A DNA stretch of 64,000 nt from the NCBI RefSeq assembly GCF_964355755.1, contig NC_092677.1:24663175-24727174 (forward strand), given 5' to 3'. The stretch comes from Antedon mediterranea (taxonomy: Eukaryota; Animalia; Echinodermata). The notes beneath the pieces were generated by a model. The model saw nothing but the letters and a program-made list of their open reading frames with translations. It made no database searches and was not told the DNA's origin. The translations under genes were made by a program, and so were the position numbers. Shown one piece after another: positions 52,701 to 64,000 of the stretch (the first letter of the stretch is position 1; every line of letters starts with the position of its first letter).

Positions 52701-55700
52701 TAGGATAAACCCAAACACGTTTTGCTCATTTACTCAAATCGCAACGCGACTCTACAACTCACTATGTCGGTCGGTTGGTAAACACTAACTTGAGCACGCG
52801 ACTGCAGCTATGTATATGACCTTGTTTGTGATAATGCCTTTTCATAAATCAGGGCAAAAATCTAAGTGAGTAATTGTAAAGGTCCTGTTTGCTGCTGGTG
52901 AAGTATTTCTCTTCTTGTCGGGGTGGCTTATAAGGTGTAAAAGAGCGTTCCATAGGCGTCTTATAAACTAATGAATACAACAAGAACTTACCTTCATAAC
53001 ACCTTAATTTTACAGGATCAAAACAGTGCCAATCGTTATACAACTTCTGCTTACAGTACTTCAGACTATCTTCAAATCCATTACATGTAAAGTCAAACCT
53101 GTAGTTTAAAGAACTGTCTGACCAGTAGTTGTTTTGCAATTGATAGCCATTTGAGTATCCAAGCTGCCTACAAGCTACTTGTGAGTTGTCACCTGTCCAA
53201 TAAGTTTTGCAAATTTGACTCCATTCCCCTTCATACTTTATTTCTAACCAACCAATATTCGAGGAATATTTCGAGGAATCCCCAAAAAGACGTATTGTAT
53301 AATTTTCAAACTGTTGTTCATCTAGACCAATTAAAATGCAATAACCATACATTAAAAGAAAAACATTGAAATAACAGTTTACAAACATTATGCTTCAACA
53401 CATTTCTTTAAAATTCCCTCTTTCACCTTTTTTTTACTCCATAATGTTGTTCCCACTAGGACGCAAAACCATGGAGGAAAATGTTTTTCCCTTCATGGAA
53501 AAAACGTAAAGTAATTTGACAAATCACACGCGATTAGCTAGAATAGAATGCCTACAAGAGTGGTACTAATACAACATTACATTGATTTTTTTTTCTGTGT
53601 TAAGAAAGAAACATTACAATTATAATAATAATTGTTATTAGTATAATTCAGTATCAATAAGATATTGTATCTACTATTTTTTTTGTAAATGCTGAAAATA
53701 AAAAAATAATATTTACTGCAAATGGATAGAAAATAATGAGTTTTCGTACATAGTTTATACTGTTAATTCTTCCCCATCCCACCCCTCCAACACCCCTCAC
53801 CTCACGATAGATTGTTTTGTGTTATTATGTGTTGGATTGTATACATTCAAAGAAAGAAATAGAAATAGAAATAATGCCTTTTGTTAAACCATGTGTTGTT
53901 ATTAGTTGGGATGATTAATCTACAAGAAGGAATTATCTAAATGTTGACCCCTTAAAAAATAAATCATTATAGTAAAAGTTATGTTGCATAATTTCCATGT
54001 ATGCACTTCTACATATTATAGCTAAAAAAACAAATACTCTGTACTTTCCCGTTTTGTTCATTTACTAAAATCTACATTTTTTAGATAATGCTTTTTCATA
54101 AATCAGGGCAGAAATCTACGGGAGTAATTGTAAAGGTCCTGTTTACAACTGGTGAAGTATTTCTCTTCTTGTCGGGGTGGCTTATACAGGCGTAAATGGG
54201 CGTTCCATAGGCGTCTTATAAACTAATGAATACAACAAGAACTTACCTTCATAACACTTTAATTTTACAGGACGGAAACAGAACGAATCGATATACAACT
54301 TCTGCTTGCAGTACTTCAGACTATCTTCAGATCCATTACATGTAAAGTCAACCTTGTAGTTTAAAGAACTGTCTGACTCGTAGTCGCCGTACAATTGATA
54401 GCCTCTTGAGTATCCAAGCTGCCTACAAGCTACTTGTGCATTTTCAACTGCCCAATCCCTTATGCAAATTTGACTCCACTCCCCTTCATACTTTATTTCT
54501 ATCCGACCAATATTCGATGAATTGTCAGGGGAATCCCCAAAAAGACGTATTGAATAATTTCCGAATTTCTGTTCATCTAGACCAATAAATGCAATAACCA
54601 TACATTAAAAGAAAAATAAATTTAAATAACAGTTTACAAATATACGCTTCAAAACATTTCTTTAAAATTCCCTCTTTCACCTTTTTTTTTTTACTCAATA
54701 CCCTCTATAAATGTTGTTCCCACTAGGACGGAAAACCGTGGAGGAAAATGGTTTTCCCCTTCATGGAACCACAAGCCAGTAGCCAGAATAGCTATATGCC
54801 TACAAGAGGTACTAATACAACATCACATTGATTTTTGTATGGTAAGAAAGAAATATTAAAATAAAGCTCACTATGTCGGTCGGTTGGTAAACACTAAATT
54901 GAGCACGCGACTGCAGCCATGTATATGGCCTTGTTTGTGATAATGCCTTTTCATAAATCAGGGCAGAAATCTAAGTGAGTAATTGTAAAGGTCCTGTTTG
55001 CTGCTGGTGAAGTATTTCTCTTCATGTCGGGATGGCTAATACAGGCGTAAGTTAGCGTTCCATAGGCGTCTTATAAACTAATGAATACAACAAGAACTTA
55101 CCTTCATAACACCTTAATTTTACAGGATAGGAACAGTACCGATCTGTATACAAATTCTGCTTACAGTACTTCAGACTATCTTCAAATCCATTACATGTAA
55201 AATCAACCCTGTAGTGTAAAGAACTGTCTGACTCGTAGTCGCTGTACAATTGATAGCCAATTGAATTGAATCCAAGCTGCCTACAAGCTACTTGTGAGTT
55301 TTCATCTGACCAGGAAGCAACTCCCTGATCTGACCAATCAAATAAGCACATTTGACTCCACTCCCCTTCATACTTTATTTCTAAGCGACCAATATTCGAG
55401 GAATATTCCGAGGAATCTCTAACAAGACGTATTGTATAATTTTCAACTTGCTGTTCATCTAGACAAATAAAATTAAATAACCATACATTAAAAGAAAAAT
55501 AAATTGAAATAACAGTTTACAAACATTTGCTTCAACACATTTATTTAAAATTCCGTCTTTCACCTTTTTTTACTCCATACCCTCTATAAATGTTGTTCCC
55601 ACTAGGACGCAAAACCGTGGAGGAAAATGGTTTTCCCCTTCATGGAAAAAACGCAAGTAATTTGACAAACCACAAGCCAGTAGCCAGAAAATATATGCCT

Positions 55701-58470
55701 ACCAGAGTATTATATGTACTAATCTAACATAACATTGATATATTTTTTTGTGGTAAGAAAGAAATATTAAAATAATAATAATAATAATTGTTATTAGTAT
55801 AATTCAGTATCAATAAGATATTGTATCTACTATTTCTGTGTACATGCTGATGGATAATAAAAAAATACTATTTACTGCAAATGGATAGCAAATGATGAGT
55901 TTTCGTACATAGTTAATACAGTTCTATTAAATACTGCTAAATCTTCCCCACCCCACCCTCCAACACCCCTCACCCAACACTTCTGGGTCAAATAATATTC
56001 CCAATTCCTATCACTACTTACGATAGATTGTTTTGTGTTATTATAATGTGTTGGATTGTATACATTCAAAGAAAGAAATAGAAATAATGCCTTTTGTTAA
56101 ATTATGTGTTGTTATTAGTTGGGATGATTAATCTACAAGAAGGAATTATCTAAATGTTGACCCCTTAAGAAATAAATCATTATAATAAAATTTATGTTGC
56201 ATAATTTCCATGTATGCACTTCTACATATTATAGCTAAAAAACACATAATCTCTCCTTCAGTTTTTTAGGATAAACTCAAACCCGTTTTGCTCAATTACT
56301 AAAATCTACATTTTTTTAGATAATGCCTTTTCATAAATCAGGGCAGAAATCTACGGGAGAAATTGTAAAGGTCCTGTTTACTACTGGTGACGTATTTCTC
56401 TTCTTGTCGGGGTGGCTTATACAGGCGTAAATGGGCGTTCCATAGGCGTCTTATAAACTAATGAATACAACAAGAACTTACATTCATAACACTTTAATTT
56501 TACAGGACGGAAACAGAACGAATCGATATACAACTTCTGCTTGCAGTACTTCAGACTATCTTCAGATCCATTGCATGTAAAGTCAACCTTGTAGTTTAAA
56601 AAACTGTCTGACTCGTAGTCGCCGTACAATTGATAGCCTCTTGAGTATCCAAGCTGCCTACAAGCTACTTGTGCGTTTTCAACTGCCCAATCCCTTATGC
56701 AAATTTGACTCCACTCCCCTTCATACTTTATTTCTAAGCGACCAATATTTGAAGAATTTTCCGAGGAATCTCCAATAAGACGTATTGTATAATTTTTAAA
56801 TTGCTGTTCATCTAGACAAATAAAATTCAATAACCATACATTAAAAGAAAAATAAATAGAAATAACAGTTTACAAACATACGCTTCAAAACTTTTCTTTA
56901 AAATTCCGTCTTTCACCTTTTTTTACTCAATACCCTCTATAAATGTTGTTCACACTAGGACGCAAAACCGTAGAGGAAAATGGTTTTCCCCTTCATAGAA
57001 AAAACGCAAGTAATTTGACAAACCACAAGCTACTAGCCAGAATATATTTTTTTGTGGTAAGAAAGAAATATTAAAATAATAATAATAATAATTGTTATTA
57101 GTATAGTTCAGTATCAACAAGATATTGTATCTAATATTTCTGTGTAAATGCTGATGGATAATAAAAAAATACTATTTACTGCAAATGGATAGCAAATGAT
57201 GAGTTTTCGTACATAGTTAATACAGTTCTATTAAATACTGCTAAATCTTCCTCACCCCACCCTCCAACACCCCTCACCCAACACTTCTGAGTCAAATAAT
57301 ATTCCCAATTCCTATCACTACTTACAATACATTGATTTGTGTTATTATAATGTGTTGGATTGTATACATTCAAAGAAAGAAATAGAAATAATGCCTTTTG
57401 TTAAATCATTTGTTATTATTAGTTGGGATAATTAATCTACAAAAAGGAATTATCTAAATGCTGACCTCTTAAAAAAAACATTATTAAAATAAAATTTAGG
57501 TTGCATAATTTCCAGGTATGTAGGCCTACGTATACATATTATAGCTAAAAAACAAATACTCTGTCCTTAAGTTTTTTAGGATAAACTCAAACCCGTTTTG
57601 CTCATTTACTAAAATCTACATTTTTTTAGATAATGCCTTTTCATAAATCAGGGCAGAAATCTACGGGAGTAATTGTAAAGGTCCTGTTTGCTGCTGGTAA
57701 GTATTTCTCTTCATGTCGGGGTGGCTTATACAGGCGTAAATGGGCGTTCCATAGGCGTCTTATAAACTAATGAATACAACAAGAACTTACCTTCATAACA
57801 CTTTAATTTTACAGGACGGAAACAGAACGAATCGATATACAACTTCTGCTTGCAGTACTTCAGACTATCTTCAGATCCATTACATGTAAAGTCAAACCTG
57901 TAGTGTAAAGAACTGTCGTAGTTGCTGTACAATTGATAGCCATTTGAGTATCCAAGCTGCCTACAAGCTACTTGTGAGTTTTCACCTGTCCAATCAGTTA
58001 TGCAAATTTGACTCCACTCCCCTTGTCCTTCATATGTTATTTCTAACCGACCGATATTCGATGAATTTCCCGAGGAATCTCCAATAAGACGTAATGAATA
58101 ATTTAATAATTGCTCTTCATCTAGACCAATGAAATTCAATACATTAACAGTTTAGGCTACAAACATACGCTTCAACACATTTGTTTTTAATTCCCTCTTT
58201 CACCGTGCCCTCTAAGGTTAGCTCCACTAGGAAGCAAAAACATGGAGGAAAATGTTTTTCTCCTTCATTGAAAGTAACAACCCACAAGCGAGTATTCAGA
58301 ATAGCTATATGCCTATTATTATAAGAGTATTAAATGTATATGATTGAGTTTTGTTCCTCGAAATTGATTGGGCAAAGTCATATCATCACTGAATTTATTT
58401 CTATACATTATTTACCTGAGGTAACCAAAATGATACACGTCAAGGCGATTGTCCCTCTAAACAGAAGCAT
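49785..58470 (-). CDS. SRCR receptor gene 3: signal peptide - 7 SRCR - acidic stalk - TM - short Gly-rich tail ending in Cys
   Basis: Exons 58470-58416, 58120-57791, 56811-56482, 55458-55102, 54576-54247, 53321-52992, 52471-52151, 50755-50432 and 50038-49785. Each SRCR exon length is a multiple of 3, phase 1-1, with 6 Cys. Confidence 0.85.
51072..51820. mobile_element. Insertion in SRCR gene 3 intron (related to 1265-1540; contains tRNA-like box at ~51598-51665)
   Basis: Absent from paralogous introns. Shares sequence with 1265-1540 and has a 64-bp internal direct repeat at 51710-51805. Confidence 0.6.
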
Positions 58471-61400
58471 CTTTCACAAATATGTCTGAAACAAAATTAA
58501 ATCGAACAAATGTAGTCTATTATAATTCAAGTATGTTAATATCTATCTATCCATGGAAGATCTATCTTTATCTATCAATCTATCTCTTTACTAAAAGGTA
58601 CTTCTATACTGTTACTTTAGTACATTCTTTCCAAAGTCCCAAATTTGTGTAGCAAAACAGAACAGTTGATCAAATTGACACTGTCAGATTCAACCTTTCC
58701 TCGTTTAATATGAAAACGATCAACTTACTTACCGATGTTGTCTATAATGATCCTATCTAAGTTGTGATACGGGTTCTTATTAGACCAGATTTATAGTTGT
58801 ATGTTGTGTAAATCATGCACGTCATCACTTTTACCTTGTACTTGCATCCTGTTGATTATTTTCCATTGTGTCCTTTTATTATATTATTTACCATCAAACC
58901 TGTCATGACGCATTTGGGAATTAAATAAATTCTTGATGGAAATATAAACCCGTACATAACCATTTATTGTATTCTCTATTTCATAAACCTCTGAAATTTA
59001 AAATCCGGTATTACATTTCAAAACAGAATTTAAGTATCAAACACTTGAAAAGTTAAGAATCACTCCGTCATACTTTCCACCAACATTTAATAATCTTCAA
59101 ATTTCCTTTCCTAATCTAAATATTCATTTTTGGCAAATTGCCAAAAATAACCATGAGCGAATTCATTCACAGTGGCAATCATGTTCACAGGACAAACATA
59201 TACACAAGATACTCTGCATAAACAAAATATTGACCAGGTCTTTGGGAGTAGAGTTTAGTCACAGTCATGAGAACAAATCCGGACATCTGAAGGGAATTGA
59301 ACCAAAGATCCTGGAATTGGTAGCCGAGCATATTAACCACAAAGCTACAACTACACTCCAAATATGTTTTTTTAAACTTTATTTTTTCCAGATTTTAGGT
59401 AAGATGTTACGTAAATAAATTTGGATAACGCAAAGTCTGTCTATTTGAAAAGGTGCCAATTCCATTTCTGAAAATACCATCTTTTTTTTTCTCCATAAAA
59501 TATAAAATATCAAAATAATACATTAAAATAAAAGAGCAATATTGTGATTAAGAAAAACATGCATCCAAAATTAACCCATAAAAGAAAAGTTCGTGCTTTT
59601 GAAATGTCTGTTTCATTTTAGGCTCCGTTGAACTGTCTTTCACAGGCGATTGCACGAAAGGTGGTGGCGATGATTCATATACAGATTTCAATTCTACGCC
59701 TTATCTCATAACAACATCGTATGAAGGAGGAGGAATGTCTTGAGAAGATTCCGGGTCTTGAGAAGAGCGAGGGTCTTGAGAGGCGCAAGGGTTTTGAGAC
59801 GCGCCAGAAGAGGATGAAGTTGCTGAATTATCATTGGTTTGGTACTCAGCTCATTTGTTAACTACTCCTCTACGATAATTTTCTTCTGCTGACGTAGGCC
59901 TACATTTCGTCCTGCATAATAGACAGACGAAACAGCACAAGCAAAGGGGAGAGTATATCATAACCATACAAACAAAAACGAATCATCGTCATCATCCCAA
60001 TCCCAACTTCCTTACTTGGTTTTATTAACTTGTTTATTGGCATAATATAACATTTTGTAATTTTATCGATCTAGTTTGATCTTTCTAATCATCTTAAAAG
60101 CCTAATAAAAAAAACTTCAAATAGGTATACCATGTGTAACAATTGTTGATATAGTAAGTTTATATAGGAAAAAATGGGCAGAATAGTAATCTATCCGTAT
60201 GGTAGACCTACCCCGTAAACTATACTTTATGTGTATCCGATACAATACACTTATGCACATTATACCAATGTGTGACATATTTATATCTGTAATTAGTTGT
60301 GCTACCCAATATTTATAATAGGTAGCACACACATACGTGCATGTCATCCTACCAAAATACTATCCTATTTTATAATGTGTAACATATTTATATCGGTAAT
60401 TAGTTGTGCTACCCAATATTTATAATAGGTAGCACACACTTATGTGCATGTCATCCTACCAAAATACTATCCTTTTTGTTATTGTGTAAACTATTTATAT
60501 CCGTGATGTGTTGTGCTACCAACATCTATAATGGGTAGCACACACTCATGTGAAATATTATCAATGTGTAACATATTTATATCGGTAGGCCCTACTTAGT
60601 TGTGCCCACTATTTTAGCGCCGTGCCTTTAGGAGGACGGAGGAGACTGTATCACGCGGAAGGTTATACTAATGACTACGGATGAAAACATGGGTATTTGG
60701 AAACTTGGTGACCCGCCTATATATACAAGATGATGTTGTTATCTAATTAGCAAAATGTACGATCAACCTGAATGCCTAAGTCATTATAAACACATTTGGG
60801 TAATTGGTTTATGCCCTAGGCTAAAAAGTTCAACAGTCACGCTAAGCCAGGCTCCGGCCGCGGTGGCATATTATTGGAGTCGGTTAGGGATATTTTGGTT
60901 CAGTTTTTCCAAAAGCGCCGAATTTGGTATACAAGTTGCCCACCCTATACAAATTCAATTTTTGATGGGCGCCAACCCCTTGGATCACCTAATTTGCATA
61001 ATTTAAAGCGGATATTTTCGCGAGTTGATTTTTAGCTTAAAATGTTGAGAACATAAACATTCCTTTTTACTCTAATAAAGTATTTTGGTAAAATTATCGG
61101 AAGTACCATTTTTAACTTTTGACCTGTTTTTCAGGCAAATTATCATATCTTATTATTTGGTTGGCGTGGAAACTTTATTTTGGTGTCAGATTGTTCAAAA
61201 TATATACCGTATGTTACTATTCTGTTTAATAGAAGATTTTTCCAAATAGAAAATAGTAAATAGAAATGTTTATGTTCTGAATATTTTGACACCTAAATCA
61301 ACTTAATGCAGTTGGCAATTGCACCTTAAAGGTTAAAGGCGTATTTCCGGATATTTTTGGATGAAATTTTTCATTAAACTGAATAGTAACAAATATATTC

Positions 61401-61776
61401 TGAACAAATTGACACCAAAATAAACTGTCTATGACAACGGTTTACTGAGATACCGTATGCTTTCAAATATGGGTCAAAGGTTAAAAATGGTACTTCCGGT
61501 CATTTTTTTCAAAAATACTTCATTATACTAAAAAGGAATGTTTATGTTCTGAACATTTTGACACATAAATTAACTCTTTATGACAAGCAGTTTTTCAGAG
61601 ATATAGAGTGTTTAAGCGAAAATATCCGCCAGTTTAAATTATGCAAATTAGGTGATCCGGGGGTCATTTTGCTTGGTGCCCTTAAAAAATTGAATTCGTA
61701 GATGGTGGGCAAATTATACCATATACCAAAATTGGTGCTTTCGGAAGAAACTGAACCAAACACCCTTATTTCAGCC

Positions 61777-64000
61777 CTAACAACCGCCTCCACCACCGCC
61801 TCCATCACCGCCTCCACCACAATCTCCCCCACCACCTCCATAACCACCTCCACCAGGCGTGAACCTTCTTCCTGCTGGTGAAGTAATTCTCTTATCGCTT
61901 ATACAGGCGAAAAAGATCAAGAGAAAAGCAAAGATAAAAATAATAATAAAAATAATAATAACTTCAGTAATTCTACTACTATAACTAATACTAGTAGGCC
62001 TACCACTAGTAGTAGATATACTAGTATCCAAGTAATCTTCATCAGAAAAATCGTCATCATCATTCAATTCTAGGAATAAAGGGGATAAAATATATTGTGA
62101 ATACAGTATGAATACATATTAAATGGCTGTCAATCAATGCATGTTGGTATTAAAGGATTTCAATAACTTCAATACATCCGTTACATCCTGGAGAAATAAT
62201 GGTTACACACATTACATCCGGGTGAAATTTTCCATTTGGCTTTTTTTTAATTATTATATGACACAACAATGGGTGATTTTGTTTTGTTAAAAGATGTACT
62301 GTTACAGATTAACTAACTTTATTGCACATGGTAGCCTAAATGTCTATTATATATCTATGGACCTATAATATATCTTAGTGATTTGGATTTTCTGATGCCC
62401 ACCGTAATTTACCATTTTCGGACAGCGTTTCCATAGGCGTCTTATAAACTCATGAATACAACAAGAACTTACCTTCATAACACCTTAATTTTACAGGACG
62501 GAAACAGAACGAATCGATATACAAATTCTGCTTACAGTACTTCAGACTATCTTCAAATCCATTACATGTAAAGTCAAACCTGTAGTTTAAAGAACTGTCT
62601 GACCAGTATTTGTTTTGCAATTGATAGCCATTTGAGTATCCAAGCTGCCTACAAGCTACTTGTGAGTTGTCACCTGTCCAATAATTTATGCAAATTTGAC
62701 TCCATTCCTCTTCATACTTTATTTCTAAGCGACCAATATTCGAGGAATATTTCGAGGAATCCCCAAATAGACGTATTGTATAATTTTCAAATTGCTGTTC
62801 ATCTAGACAAATAAAATTCAATAACCATACATTAAAAGAAAAATAAATTGAAATAAGAGTTTACAAACATAAGCTTCAACACATTTCTTTAAAATTCCCT
62901 CTTTCACCCTTGTTTACTCCATAATGTTGTTCCCACTAGGACGCAAAACCATGGAGAAAAATGTTTTTCCCTTCATGGAAAAAACGTAAAGTAATTAGAC
63001 AAACCACACGCGATTAGCTAGAATAGAATGCCTACAAGAGTGGTACCAATACAACGTTACATTGATTTTTTTTTGTGTTAAGAAAGAAACATTAAAATTA
63101 TAATAATAATTGTTATTAGTACAATTCAGTATCAATAAGATATTGTATCTACTATTTATTTTTGTAAATGCTGATAATAAAAAAATAATATTTACTGCAA
63201 ATGGATAGCAAATAATGGGTTTTCATACATAGTTTACAGTTCCATAAAATACTGTTAATTCTTCCCCACCCCACCCCTCCAACAAACACCCAACACTTCT
63301 GAGTCATCACTACTTACGATAGATTGTTTTGTGTTATTATGTGTTGGATTGTATACATTCAAAGAAAGAAATAGAAATAATGCCTTTTGTTAAACCATGT
63401 GTTGTTATTAGTTGGGATGATTAATCTACAAGAAGGAATTATCTAAATGTTGACCCCTTAAAAAATAAATCATTATAGTAAAAGTTATGTTGCATAATTT
63501 CCATGTATGCACTTCTACATATTATAGCTAAAAAAACAAATACTCTGTACTTTCCCGTTTTGTTCATTTACTAAAATCTACATTTTTTAGATAATGCTTT
63601 TTCATAAATCAGGGCAGAAATCTACGGGAGTAATTGTAAAGGTCCTGTTTACTACTGGTGAAGTATGTCTCTTCTTGTCGGGGTGGCTTATACAGGCGTA
63701 AATGGGCGTTCCATAGGCGTCTTATAAACTAATGAATACAACAAGAACTTACATTCATAACACTTTAATTTTACAGGACGGAAACAGAACGAATCGATAT
63801 ACAACTTCTGCTTGCAGTACTTCAGACTATCTTCAGATCCATTGCATGTAAAGTCAACCTTGTAGTTTAAAAAACTGTCTGACTCGTAGTCGCCGTACAA
63901 TTGATAGCCTCTTGAGTATCCAAGCTGCCTACAAGCTACTTGTGCATTTTCAACTGCCCAATCCCTTATGCAAATTTGACTCCACTCCCCTTCATACTTT
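61777..64000 (-). CDS. SRCR receptor gene 4 (5' part beyond window): >=2 SRCR - TM - Gly-rich tail
   Basis: Exons >64000-63753, 62802-62473 and 62069-61777; closely similar to gene 2. Confidence 0.82.

Larger units (their letters stand above)
39660..64000. repeat. Tandem segmental duplication of the SRCR gene unit (~39660-47010, ~47010-59570, ~59570->64000)
   Basis: Near-identical ORFs 46666/59230 and 47553/60117 (offset 12564). ttaacccataaaagaaaagtt recurs at 39661, 47007 and 59571. Confidence 0.93.

Noticed and set aside
46666-60347. Conserved short ORFs repeated at 46666/59230, 47553/60117 and 44616/55872/57176
   Set aside because: Identity is explained by recent segmental duplication of intronic or intergenic DNA; no coding hallmarks.

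Overview
AT-rich eukaryotic (intron-containing, animal) DNA, most likely from a marine invertebrate such as an echinoderm (inferred from the gene families, not proven). The window is an innate-immune gene cluster. It holds (i) the 3' end of one NLR-like gene and a second, triply frameshifted death-fold/NACHT/LRR gene; (ii) an intact 16-exon LBP/BPI-family gene with a perfect NF-kB site upstream; and (iii) on the minus strand, a tandem family of four type-I membrane receptors carrying 1, 3, 7 and >=2 group-A SRCR domains. Each SRCR sits on a symmetric phase-1 exon, and the exons are mosaic in a few variable loops. The introns between SRCR exons still carry the cut-off remains of a TM/cytoplasmic exon, suggesting the multi-domain receptors were built from duplicated single-SRCR gene units. 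Intergenic DNA is rich in TEs. Notably, three 9-bp-TSD TIR elements are inserted at the same GACCGGGnn motif of a ~197-bp tandem repeat, with a Tx1/L1 fragment and a Ginger-like MITE nested inside. Exon structures were read by eye from splice consensus and frame continuity; no database searches were run.
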